Below, in pieces: positions 9,775-18,589 of a stretch of DNA of 43,304 nt (position 1 is its first letter; each line of letters starts with the position of its first letter). The stretch is taken from sequence record SRR22947727_867; one strand, written 5' to 3'. A program made the translations under genes and the position numbers. The notes beneath the pieces are model-generated. The model was not told where the DNA came from. It did not search any database and saw only the letters and a program-made list of their open reading frames with translations.

Positions 9775-10581
9775 CTAACATCGCCCTGCAACGAGGGTTT
9801 CGGAGTGGCATCCCCGGTCAACGAGAACCGGGGTCACGCTGAGGACCTCAACAACCTTTTCGCCACCGGATCGAGTGATGTGACCGGGCAAGGATTGAAA
9901 AGCTCCCCCGTCGAAGCGATAGGACGCTTCGTAGGTCACCTCGAGGCTGATCCGATAATCCCCGGAGATCTCATACCTGTGGGAGGTCGGAGTCACACTG
10001 AACTGACGCGTCCCCCAGGACGCACCCGGTGAGCTATCCACCCTGGTTGTGGCATCGCCAAAACTCCAGGTGTACGCGACCGGGGTGAATCGCACCTCGA
10101 TCGGCCATCCCAGCAAATCCCCCGATTCTGTGGTCGCTGTGGACGTGGAGAAGACGTTCGTGGGCAGTAGCGGAAGACTCCACCCGGTGGGTTCCTGGAC
10201 AAACCCCGCGCCCCCTGGTGCGAACTGCGCCACATCACTCAGTGATTGTGGCGGAGTAGGTTCTTCTCGTTCCACCACGTCCCTGGAGGGTGACGACCCC
10301 CGGCAGAGGCCAGCAATTTTGACCTCACACTGTGCGGAGCCCAACACTGGGTCTCGGGGCGGAGGGGGACTCCAAGACCCTCGGTAGCCACCTCCCGAAC
10401 TACCCGGGGTGACCTGCGTTCCGGACACGGTGACACCCTCACTGGTCACCACCGCACCCACGCCTGAGCACTGACCACTCGTTCGCTCCGCGTGGGTGCA
10501 CTCACTCGCGAGGGCCGGTGTGGTGGTGCCAAGGGCAAGAGCAATGCCCAGAACCGCCGTGGCCATCACCTTCAGAGACAT
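9775..10581 (-). CDS. Secreted hypothetical protein with PKD-like beta-sandwich domain
   Basis: Signal peptide ending ALA; three short Cys pairs; Pro-rich linker; FTPVAYTWSFGD...SHRY...GDYRISLEVTY resembles PKD. Start overlaps the stop of the upstream lipoprotein gene. Confidence 0.7.
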   Translation of the reverse strand: MSLKVMATAVLGIALALGTTTPALASECTHAERTSGQCSGVGAVVTSEGVTVSGTQVTPGSSGGGYRGSWSPPPPRDPVLGSAQCEVKIAGLCRGSSPSRDVVEREEPTPPQSLSDVAQFAPGGAGFVQEPTGWSLPLLPTNVFSTSTATTESGDLLGWPIEVRFTPVAYTWSFGDATTRVDSSPGASWGTRQFSVTPTSHRYEISGDYRISLEVTYEASYRFDGGAFQSLPGHITRSGGEKVVEVLSVTPVLVDRGCHSETLVAGRC

Positions 10582-11237
10582 GAGTACACACCCCACCACG
10601 GCTCTGAACTACTCAGAAGCAGTGAGTCCATCGAGGGACCCTCGAACCAGAACACCACGGCCTGAGGCGAGCCCCAGGACACCCGAGGGTCCTCCAGGAA
10701 CTCTTCAATAGCCGCCCAGTCGGCTGCTTCGCCCTCGAAATCTTCATACGCCGGATGCCACTGCCACAGAATGTCGGGTGGATCAGGACTCTCAGAAGGA
10801 AAAACAATGACTCTCGTGGTGTCCACGCAGGCGATGACGCCAACCTCGACGGTGTCTCTCGGTGTGAGTCGCGCACTTTGCACCAGGAACCGAGACACCT
10901 CACTCGTTCCTTGGGTGCGAAAGCCCTCCTCGACGAAGTAGGCAAAGCCCTCTTGCTCCACCACCCACCATTCAGGGGACACCAGGGGTTTCATCGATTG
11001 GGGATTTACCCCGCCCTCGGTAGTGATCTGGTCAGAGAGCGCAACGTAGCGAAGTACTGCTTCACCGGTGACCTCGGCTGCGTCCTCATAAAAATCTGCC
11101 GGTAGCCCACCAGGAACATGGCCCAAGAGAACCGCGGGAGGCGGCTCATCCGCCCCGGGGAGAACAATCTCTTGCTCCAGGGTCTGGCACCCCACCAGGG
11201 CGAGAAGAGGAAGAGTAATGAGGAGGAGAGGCTTCAT
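10572..11237 (-). CDS. Hypothetical acidic lipoprotein
   Basis: MKPLLLITLPLLALVGC lipobox; very acidic; internal ACVD and C-terminal Cys; leaderless-type promoter upstream. Confidence 0.75.
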   Translation of the reverse strand: MKPLLLITLPLLALVGCQTLEQEIVLPGADEPPPAVLLGHVPGGLPADFYEDAAEVTGEAVLRYVALSDQITTEGGVNPQSMKPLVSPEWWVVEQEGFAYFVEEGFRTQGTSEVSRFLVQSARLTPRDTVEVGVIACVDTTRVIVFPSESPDPPDILWQWHPAYEDFEGEAADWAAIEEFLEDPRVSWGSPQAVVFWFEGPSMDSLLLSSSEPWWGVYSCL

Positions 11238-11243
11238 CCTCGG

Positions 11244-11286
11244 AGTGTAGAAAGAAGGAGAAACACCCCGCAGATTTTCTCCACAG
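11244..11286 (-). promoter_or_regulatory. Promoter: CTGTGGAGAA box, 27 nt, TACACT (-10), 6 nt, ATG
   Basis: Read directly from the sequence; same geometry as 17794-17836. Confidence 0.55.
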
Positions 11287-11291
11287 GCAAC

Positions 11292-12095
11292 CTAGAGCGG
11301 GGTCACCCCAAAGCGTCGAGCCGCCGACATGGGGTTTGCCTCGCGCACTTCGTGGAGCAGTGCGCTCTCTAGTTCGCCATGAGCAACCCCAGCATCGACA
11401 CCTGCCGTGGCGACAACATGACCACGGGGGTCCACAATCTGTGAGAGGCCCACACCCGAGGGCTCCGGGTGGTCACTGGCCACCACAAATGTTTGAGTCT
11501 CAATAGCCCGGGCGGTGAGTAAGGTGTCAAAATGGTGAGCTTTTGACTCCCCCGGCACCCACTGCGCTGCGGTCACGATGACCTCTGCTCCGGCATCCAC
11601 AAGACGCCTCGAGACTTCAGGAAAGCGCAGGTCATAACAGGCCATCATCCCAATCTGAAGACCACCGCAGGAGAACAATTCGGGCTCGCTGAGGGCTCCT
11701 GGTCGAATCCAGGTGGACTCTGTGGCGCCAAAGGCGTCATAGAGGTGAATCTTCTCGGCACGAGCAAGAATTCCCTCTGGCCCCACCGCTACCTGCGTGT
11801 TGGCCGGTCGCTCATCACCCAGCGAGCGCAGCAGCATCCCCGCGACGATGACCATCCCTCCGTGCCCGGTCGAGAGCGCTGTGAGTCCTCGGACAAATTC
11901 TCCCTCAGCGCTTTCGGCGGACGCAGCCCACTGATCACCCAAGGTGGAGCTGAAGGCATGACTGTACTCGGGAAAGACCACCATCTCAGAGCCTGCCTCC
12001 GCAGCTTCCTGGACGAAGGGCGCCATGGCTTCCAAGTTCGCCGCAGCGCTCTCTCCCGGTGCGAACTGCACCACAGTGACGCGAAGGGTTGACAT
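11292..12095 (-). CDS. Carbon-nitrogen hydrolase (Nit1/YbeM-like amidase)
   Basis: Catalytic E-K-C triad in FPEY, KIHLYDAF and CYDLRFPE; ARAIETQ. Confidence 0.9.
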   Translation of the reverse strand: MSTLRVTVVQFAPGESAAANLEAMAPFVQEAAEAGSEMVVFPEYSHAFSSTLGDQWAASAESAEGEFVRGLTALSTGHGGMVIVAGMLLRSLGDERPANTQVAVGPEGILARAEKIHLYDAFGATESTWIRPGALSEPELFSCGGLQIGMMACYDLRFPEVSRRLVDAGAEVIVTAAQWVPGESKAHHFDTLLTARAIETQTFVVASDHPEPSGVGLSQIVDPRGHVVATAGVDAGVAHGELESALLHEVREANPMSAARRFGVTPL

Positions 12096-12117
12096 AGCTC
12101 AAGCCTAAGCGGGAAAC

Positions 12118-12147
12118 ACAAAGCCCCCTCCTGAGAGGGGGCTTTGT
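12118..12147 (-). terminator. Intrinsic terminator hairpin downstream of tRNA-fMet
   Basis: Perfect 13-bp inverted repeat ACAAAGCCCCCTC-N4-GAGGGGGCTTTGT followed by GTTT on the minus strand, 2 nt after the tRNA CCA. Confidence 0.85.
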
Positions 12148-12149
12148 CA

Positions 12150-12226
12150 TGGTTGCGGGGGCAGGATTTGAACCTACGACCTCTGGGTTATGAGCCCAGC
12201 GAGCTACCGAACTGCTCCACCCCGCG
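12150..12226 (-). tRNA. tRNA-fMet (CAT), initiator
   Basis: CGCGGGGTGGAGCAGTTCGGTAGCTCGCTGGGCTCATAACCCAGAGGTCGTAGGTTCAAATCCTGCCCCCGCAACCA: C1:A72 mismatch, GGG/CCC anticodon stem, encoded CCA. -10 TACCAT at 12238-12243. Confidence 0.97.
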
Positions 12227-12268
12227 GCGAAGCACCCATGGTAACACGCTTGGAGCCTGGCTGTCCTC

Positions 12269-15178
12269 CTACTGGTCGCTCAGCACCAGGGCACGAGCGA
12301 GAGCATCGGTCAGTCTCTGGTCAGCTTCAGCAGCCCCTAGAAGGTCGTTAGCCCGGTAGGCGGCTTCACGATCACTCAATGCCTGGCGGGCATCAGCAAG
12401 CGCAGCCTGGAGCTCAGTGGAGATCACAATGCCGGTGTCGGAATCGCTGTCAGCACCTGCATCCGTGTCGGGAGCGGGGGCAGGAGCGGTGGTCTCCTCA
12501 GGAACTTCGACAGTGCCCGGAGCGCCATCGGAGTCTCCGGCTTCAGCACCGGAATCTCCTCCGAAGAGGGCATCCAGGGCTTGATCCAGGGTGTCCTCGA
12601 AGGCAATCTTTTCACCGAAGGACACGAGGATCTTCCGCAACAGCGGATAGGAGGTGTCACCAGTGGAGCGAACATAGACGGGCTGGACGTAGAGCAAACC
12701 GTCACCGACCGGCAGAGTCAGCAAGTTACCCGAGATGACCTCGGTTTGTCCCTGACGCAGAAGGTTCAACTGCTGACCGACGTTGGCGTCAGAGTCAAAC
12801 TGTGCCTGCACCTGGCCGGGTCCTGGAACGGTGGTCTGCTTGGGCAAACGCAAGAGCGTCAGCTTGCCGTAGTCATCCCCGTAATCCGAGTTAGCCGCCA
12901 GGTAGCCATAGAGAACGTTTCTCGATGCCTCACCGGTGGCTCTCGGAATGAAAGTGGAGTACAGGGAGAACGCGGGGCTCTCGGTGCCTGGAACCTGCAT
13001 CGTCAGGTAGTAGGCGGGCTGGAGCCTCGGCGCTGCAGGGTTAGAGATGGGGTCGTTGGGGGTGACCCACTCGTCCTCACTGGAGTAGAAGGTTCCAGAA
13101 TCGGTCACGTGGTAGGCGCCCAGGATGTTGCGCTGAACCTTGAACAGGTCAGAGGGGTAGCGCACGTGATCCAGGAGCTGCTCCGTCATCTCGGACTGAT
13201 CCTTCAAGCTGGCGGGGAACACTCGGTTCCACGCGGTCAACAGCGGATCCTCGGTGTCCCAGGCATACAGGGTGACCTCACCGGAGTAGGCATCCACGGT
13301 CGCCTTGACGGAGTTCCGCATGTAGTTCACGGTGTCAAAGGCCAACTGAGGTGTCGGACGGTAGGTATCGGCAATGGCCTCAGAGACCTGAACCGGTGTG
13401 GAGTAGGGGTAATCCGCACTGGTTGTGTACCCATCCACAATCCAGACCAGTCGACCGTCCACCACTGCGGGATAGGGGTCGTTGTCCAAGGTGAGATAGG
13501 GAGCAACCTTGCCCACGCGGGTGGCGGGGTGGCGGTCGTAGAGAATCTGGGAGTCGCTGGTGATCGCATCCGAGAGGATGATCTGCTCCGACTGGAACTT
13601 AAGCGCATACAGCAGCTGCTTGAAGAGGTTGTCGAGTTCTGGACCGCCATCACCACTGAAGGTGTAGGTCGCGTTGTTCTCGTTGCCCTCACCACCGGAG
13701 GGGAAGTCGAGCTCCAGCGGGGTGGAACCCTCGGGTCCGCCCACAATCGAGTACTCCGGTGAGTTCTCTCCGAAGTAAATACGGGGCTCGTATTCACCAA
13801 GCACTTCGGAGACAGGAATTCCGGACTCAATGAATCGCGGCTGACCATCTTCAGTGCGCTGGTTTCCGTACGCGGCCACCAAGCCATACCCGTGGGTATA
13901 CACAATGGTGTTGTTGTACCAGGACTGCGAGTTCAAACCATCGAGGTTGATCTCTCGAACGGCCAAGACCGTGTCAGTCCGCTCACCGTTGACGTCGTAG
14001 CGCCCGACATCCAAGTAGGTGGGGAAGCGGTAGTACTGACGGAACTGCTCGAGCTGTGCGAACGCATCCGTCACCAACGCGGGGTCAATGATGCGGATGT
14101 TCGCGGTGGTTTCCGCATCTGCGCGGAGTGCTCCAGCAGAGGTGTCCGTGGAGGCCTCGTAGTTGATTTCCACGATGTCTGAGACACCGTAGGCGTCCCT
14201 CGTGGCGTCAATGTTGCGGTCAATGAACTCCGCCTCCAGGGTCCTGGCACTCGGGTCGACCTGGAATCGCTGGATCAAGCTGGGGTAGGCGAGGCCAAGG
14301 ACCAGGCCGGACACGATGTAGAGCGCAGTTCCGACAACCGCGAGACGCCAGCGTCCGATGATGGCGGTAACGAGGAAGAGCAGAGCCACAAGGACGGCGA
14401 TACCCGCCATGATGGCGCGAGCCGGAATGGTGGCATTCGCTTCGGTGTAGCCAGCTCCAAAGGCCAGGAAGCCGGAGCTGGCAGTGACAAGCGCCTCATA
14501 CTGCTGGAGCCAGAGGTTGACGCCCTGGGCGGCAAAGTAGAGAACACCCAGAATGGCCAGCTGAACGCGCATCGTCCGAGAAATGCGGACCTCACGTCCC
14601 GTAACGGAAATCGATCCGTACAGGAAACCGGTCGCTGCTGCACCCAAGGCCGAGAGCACAAGAATCGTCGACACATAGGAAATCACGCTGGAGTAGACGG
14701 GCAACTCGAAAATGTAGAAGCCGACATCCAGACCAAACTCTGGATCTACGGTGCCAAACGGTTCGCGGTTCATCCACAGCAGGAACTGCGGCCAGGTGTT
14801 GGCAGAACCCAAGCCAGAGAAGAGTGCGAGCAGGGCAGGAATTCCGAGCATCGCTGCACGCCGGATGGGGTCGATGATTTGGCGATACCGGTCGAGTTCG
14901 TTGGAGAGCTTCGCGTAGACCGGACGGAACCGGAACGCCAGCGAGATACTCAGCCAGACGGGAAGGAACATCGTGATGAACCCGATCAGGAACATCGCTA
15001 CCGAGCCGCCCCACGAGGTCAGAAGGACCTCGAGGTAGCCCACCTGGTCAAACCACAACACCTCGGTGTAGAGCGAGGAGAAGAGGAAGAACCCTCCCAG
15101 CACTGCAGCCAACACGGCCACGGTAATGATGAGGGGAAGTCTGCGACGGTCGAACAACTGCGGTACGGCTTGAGACAC
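12269..15178 (-). CDS. UPF0182 family membrane protein
   Basis: YTEVLWF, FG..DP.FG.D.GFY.F.LP, NIDATR.AYG, YTHGYG, PRIYFGE, NYMRNSVKATVDAY, HVRYP.DLF, GNLLTLP and LYVQPVY motifs; usual neighbour of tRNA-Met. Confidence 0.95.
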   Translation of the reverse strand: MSQAVPQLFDRRRLPLIITVAVLAAVLGGFFLFSSLYTEVLWFDQVGYLEVLLTSWGGSVAMFLIGFITMFLPVWLSISLAFRFRPVYAKLSNELDRYRQIIDPIRRAAMLGIPALLALFSGLGSANTWPQFLLWMNREPFGTVDPEFGLDVGFYIFELPVYSSVISYVSTILVLSALGAAATGFLYGSISVTGREVRISRTMRVQLAILGVLYFAAQGVNLWLQQYEALVTASSGFLAFGAGYTEANATIPARAIMAGIAVLVALLFLVTAIIGRWRLAVVGTALYIVSGLVLGLAYPSLIQRFQVDPSARTLEAEFIDRNIDATRDAYGVSDIVEINYEASTDTSAGALRADAETTANIRIIDPALVTDAFAQLEQFRQYYRFPTYLDVGRYDVNGERTDTVLAVREINLDGLNSQSWYNNTIVYTHGYGLVAAYGNQRTEDGQPRFIESGIPVSEVLGEYEPRIYFGENSPEYSIVGGPEGSTPLELDFPSGGEGNENNATYTFSGDGGPELDNLFKQLLYALKFQSEQIILSDAITSDSQILYDRHPATRVGKVAPYLTLDNDPYPAVVDGRLVWIVDGYTTSADYPYSTPVQVSEAIADTYRPTPQLAFDTVNYMRNSVKATVDAYSGEVTLYAWDTEDPLLTAWNRVFPASLKDQSEMTEQLLDHVRYPSDLFKVQRNILGAYHVTDSGTFYSSEDEWVTPNDPISNPAAPRLQPAYYLTMQVPGTESPAFSLYSTFIPRATGEASRNVLYGYLAANSDYGDDYGKLTLLRLPKQTTVPGPGQVQAQFDSDANVGQQLNLLRQGQTEVISGNLLTLPVGDGLLYVQPVYVRSTGDTSYPLLRKILVSFGEKIAFEDTLDQALDALFGGDSGAEAGDSDGAPGTVEVPEETTAPAPAPDTDAGADSDSDTGIVISTELQAALADARQALSDREAAYRANDLLGAAEADQRLTDALARALVLSDQ

Positions 15179-15241
15179 GAGTGAGTACTCTCCTTGGCGG
15201 GGTCAGGAACTTCAGTCTACAAAGAGTGGCTGGGGGAACGC

Positions 15242-16342
15242 CTAAGACCCGGCACAGCGGGGAAGCTCATCACCCGCACGAATACTCTCCAAGGCATCAA
15301 GAGCACCCTCGAGTGTCGCCACGGGAATCACCTGAAGGCCATCGGGGATGTGGCCGAGGAAGTCAGGACAGTTATCGGCAGGAGCCAAGAACCAGGCCGC
15401 GCCGTCATTCAACGCGCCATGCATTTTGTGACGAATACCACCAATCGGCCCGACAAGACCCTGGGCATCGATGGTTCCCGTCCCCGCAATGACCTGACCC
15501 GCGGTGATGTCCTCCACTGTCAACTTCTCGACGATGCCGAGCGCAAACATGAGCCCAGCGCTGGGTCCCCCCACGTTCTCGAGAGCGATGTCAACATCGA
15601 GAGGAAAATCGTAAGTTCCAGAGACAAGAATGCCCACCATGGGAACTCGCTCCGGACCCTCCGACATTCGCGGAAGAACCTGCACGTCAACCGGGGAGCC
15701 CTCTCGCTCCACAGTGATGGTCATCGGCGTGATGACACCCGAGTCCGCGATCATCTCCCGAAAACTGCTGACGGTGTCCACACTCATCCCGTTGGCTTGA
15801 AGGATGACGTCACCGGAAAGGAGAACACCTTCGCTGGGTCCACCCTCCAGGGCTTGGGACACCACCATCCGGCTGGTGTAAGCGATGCCGAGATAATCCA
15901 GGGCTGCCGCGACTGCCTCTTGTTGAGAGTTCTCCATCTCAATGGCAGCTGCTTCACGATTCTGCTCCACGGAAATTCCCGGCGGGTAGGCAACATCCAC
16001 CGGGATGACGGTCCGGGTGGGGTCAAACCATCCCTGCAGGACATCAAGCCACCCGGGCAAACTCTCGGGGTTTCCTGAGCGGGTCACCGTCGTCAAGAGC
16101 AGTGAACCGGTGGTCTCGTAGGTCTCCTCTCCAGAGATCAGGATCAGCTCCATCTCCTCATCGCCGACACTCACGGAGCCCAGGGTGTTGTAGGTGGGAC
16201 CCGGGTTATCGATGACGTAAGGCGCAGGAAAGAAAGACAAACCGATCACGATGGCCGCAGTAAAGATCAGCATGAGCCATCCCGCGAGACGGGAGCGTCG
16301 CTGAACCTGATCCGATGGATCCTCGGTTTCATAAATGGCCAC
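15242..16342 (-). CDS. PDZ-domain Lon-like S16 protease (YlbL type)
   Basis: TM helix followed by PYVI..PG, PDZ domain, GGPSAGLMFAL (catalytic Ser), AGTGTI and GPIGGI.HK (Lys). GTG 16342 has GGGGAG upstream. Confidence 0.9.
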   Translation of the reverse strand: MAIYETEDPSDQVQRRSRLAGWLMLIFTAAIVIGLSFFPAPYVIDNPGPTYNTLGSVSVGDEEMELILISGEETYETTGSLLLTTVTRSGNPESLPGWLDVLQGWFDPTRTVIPVDVAYPPGISVEQNREAAAIEMENSQQEAVAAALDYLGIAYTSRMVVSQALEGGPSEGVLLSGDVILQANGMSVDTVSSFREMIADSGVITPMTITVEREGSPVDVQVLPRMSEGPERVPMVGILVSGTYDFPLDVDIALENVGGPSAGLMFALGIVEKLTVEDITAGQVIAGTGTIDAQGLVGPIGGIRHKMHGALNDGAAWFLAPADNCPDFLGHIPDGLQVIPVATLEGALDALESIRAGDELPRCAGS

Positions 16343-16449
16343 TGGTGACTCCCCGCTTGATAACCGGGAAAGCATAGCCACGGAAACCGGGAACAAGCCG
16401 TTAGCGAAATCAGAGACTCCTGCACCGATCACCCTTGTACCGTGGTGTC

Positions 16450-17793
16450 ATGTCCGAGGACTCTGGCGATGACCCACGCTTTGGCGACGAAGAGTGGATG
16501 AAGGACGCCTTCCGAAAGTTTCTCAGTGGCGATGAGTCCTTCAACCCTGAAGAACTCATGAAAGCCGCGGGAATCAACGTCTCGCCCGAAGAACTGCAGA
16601 AGATGATGATGCAGCTCGGTACCTCTTTTGCTCCCGGCGGCGGGCTCAAACCGCAAGCCTCGAGGGATCACGCCGTCACGGTCGCCGGCGAGGGTTCGCT
16701 CCCGTTGGACCCTGCAACCCGCCAAGCCTTGAGCCAGGCCGCGACGGTGGCAGGCCTGTGGCTCACCGAGGTGACCGCTATCTCCGACCTTCCCGAGACT
16801 CCTGTGGTGGGCACCCGCGCTGAATGGGCCAGAGTCACTCTTCCCGTGTGGGAGGACATCGCCGACCCCGTCGCGACCGCTATCCCCCGGGCCATCTCCC
16901 AGATGATGGCAAGCCAAGCACCCGAGGACATGCAGGGACTCATTGGCGGAATGAGTGGACCGATGGAGCAAGTCTCCAAGAGCCTTTTCACGATGCAGCT
17001 CGCCGGAGCGGTCGGGAAACTCTCCGGAGAAGTCCTCTCTGGTGGCGATATCGGCATCCCGCTGGTCAGTGGCAGCGACGAATACGACGTGAAAGCCTTT
17101 CTGCTGGCCCAAAACATGCGAGCGTTTTCCCGCGACCTCGATGTCCCCCAGGAAGAAGCCGACATCTACCTCGCCACCCGAGAAATCGCACATGCGAGAC
17201 TCTTCCGCCATGCGAAATGGCTCCGCCTCCACATGATGAGCGCCATCCGAGATTTCGCCGGCGGCATCAGCATCGACCTCTCCCGCGTGATGGAACTCGC
17301 CGAGGATTTTGACCCCACCAACGCTGAGGCGATGAAGGAACTGTTGACGACGGGGGCGCTGCTTCCCGAGCGCACCGAGGAGCAAAACAGGGCCCTGGAG
17401 CGTCTCGAGGGAATGTTGGCACTTGTCGAAGGGTGGGTGGACCATGTCACCGGTCTCGCGACAGCCCGGTTACCAAAATCCGGCGCACTGGGAGAAGCCA
17501 TCCGACGTCGTCGCGCCAGCGGTGGACCCGCTGAACACGCCTTCTCCACCCTCGTCGGCTTGGAGCTTCGTCCCAGAAAACTCCGCGAAGCCAGTGCTCT
17601 GTGGGCGGAGATCCACCGGGAGCTGGGCTCTGAGGCGCGCGATGAACTCTGGCGCCACCCCGATACGTTGCCCCACCTCGACGACCTCGATAACCCGGGA
17701 GGCTTCCTCCAGCGGATTGCTCACCCGCCCGCTGATGACGACTTTGACCAAGCACTGCGCGAGCTCTTGGACGAGGAGACTCCCGAGTCCTAG
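16450..17793 (+). CDS. Zincin-like zinc-dependent metalloprotease (DUF2342-type)
   Basis: TRAEW, EVLSGGDIGIP, REIAHARLF, LVEGWVDHV, RRRASGGPAE, GLELRPR and W.HPD.LP motifs. ATG 16450 lies 6 nt after TACCGT. Confidence 0.88.
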   Translation: MSEDSGDDPRFGDEEWMKDAFRKFLSGDESFNPEELMKAAGINVSPEELQKMMMQLGTSFAPGGGLKPQASRDHAVTVAGEGSLPLDPATRQALSQAATVAGLWLTEVTAISDLPETPVVGTRAEWARVTLPVWEDIADPVATAIPRAISQMMASQAPEDMQGLIGGMSGPMEQVSKSLFTMQLAGAVGKLSGEVLSGGDIGIPLVSGSDEYDVKAFLLAQNMRAFSRDLDVPQEEADIYLATREIAHARLFRHAKWLRLHMMSAIRDFAGGISIDLSRVMELAEDFDPTNAEAMKELLTTGALLPERTEEQNRALERLEGMLALVEGWVDHVTGLATARLPKSGALGEAIRRRRASGGPAEHAFSTLVGLELRPRKLREASALWAEIHRELGSEARDELWRHPDTLPHLDDLDNPGGFLQRIAHPPADDDFDQALRELLDEETPES

Positions 17794-17836
17794 CTGTGGA
17801 TAAATTCCCCGCCGCGAGGCGGGTTTCCGTCACCAT
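17794..17836 (+). promoter_or_regulatory. Promoter: CTGTGGATAA box (a perfect DnaA-box TTATCCACA on the minus strand), 27 nt, CACCAT (-10-like), 6 nt, ATG
   Basis: Read directly from the sequence; same geometry as 11244-11286. Confidence 0.55.
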
Positions 17837-17842
17837 GGCGGA

Positions 17843-18589
17843 ATGTCACGACTCCTCCATCTCGACTCGTCTCTTCCGGTCGTGTGGCGCTCACCCGAGG
17901 GCCTCCAAATCGGTGCTGATCCGCCGATAGCGCTCATCGACTCGATCGATCAGCGCTACCTCCCGGTACTCGCAGCCCTCCACCGAGGCATTAGCGAGGA
18001 GGGCTACGACGCAATCGCCTCCCACGAGGGCCTCACTCCTGAGGAGACCGATCTCTTCCTTGACGAGCTCTCGGGGGCGCTCACCCCGCGAACCCCCGAC
18101 GCGCTCCCCCGGTTGAGCATTACCGGGTCCACCACTCACGTGGCCTCTTTTGCCCGCGTCCTTCGGGACGTGGGCTTTCTCGAAGCGGACCCTCCTGACG
18201 AGGCACTGCTGGTCTCATCTTTCGTGATGCCAGCGTCTGCCTATCGCCCCTGGCTCGCCACCGACGTCCCCCACACTCCCATCATCATGAGTGACCAGTC
18301 GATGACGGTGGGCCCTCGCGTAACGCCCGGTGTTGGTCCGTGTCTGCAGTGCGTCTGGGAGAACCATGCGGCTCGCGAACCAGCGCTCGTTGCTCTGGCG
18401 ACTCAGCTCTCGACTCTCTCCGCTGCGACAGATACCCCGGCATTCCACGCGGTGGCAGCCTGGCACACCCGAGATCTTGTGCGCGCTGCAGAGCAAGGGC
18501 TCACCTACCGGATTGATCGCTACACCCAAAAAGTTCAGACCTACCACGAGGAACCCTCAGGCTCCTGTCTCTGTCGCTCGCTTGGCTAG
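17843..18589 (+). CDS. Hypothetical protein, Rv3196-like ThiF/TOMM-scaffold-like domain
   Basis: VWRSPEGLQIG N-terminus; VPHTP...VGPRVTPGVGPCLQC and terminal CLC resemble the E1-like/TOMM C-protein Cys pattern; conserved position next to uvrD2. Confidence 0.7.
   Translation: MSRLLHLDSSLPVVWRSPEGLQIGADPPIALIDSIDQRYLPVLAALHRGISEEGYDAIASHEGLTPEETDLFLDELSGALTPRTPDALPRLSITGSTTHVASFARVLRDVGFLEADPPDEALLVSSFVMPASAYRPWLATDVPHTPIIMSDQSMTVGPRVTPGVGPCLQCVWENHAAREPALVALATQLSTLSAATDTPAFHAVAAWHTRDLVRAAEQGLTYRIDRYTQKVQTYHEEPSGSCLCRSLG

Noticed and set aside
12144-12359. Short ORFs overlapping the tRNA genes (this one and 33543-33926)
   Set aside because: They are translations across tRNA-fMet and tRNA-Leu/zupT antisense sequence.
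12581-16078. Long plus-strand ORFs (393 aa at 12581-13762, 294 aa at 15194-16078)
   Set aside because: Antisense shadows of the UPF0182 and PDZ-Lon genes, expected from high-GC codon bias. The same applies to most other overlapping ORFs in the track.
17794-17803. DnaA box as evidence of oriC
   Set aside because: Single box in a 49-bp spacer with no box cluster, AT-rich unwinding element or dnaA/dnaN; kept only as a promoter element.
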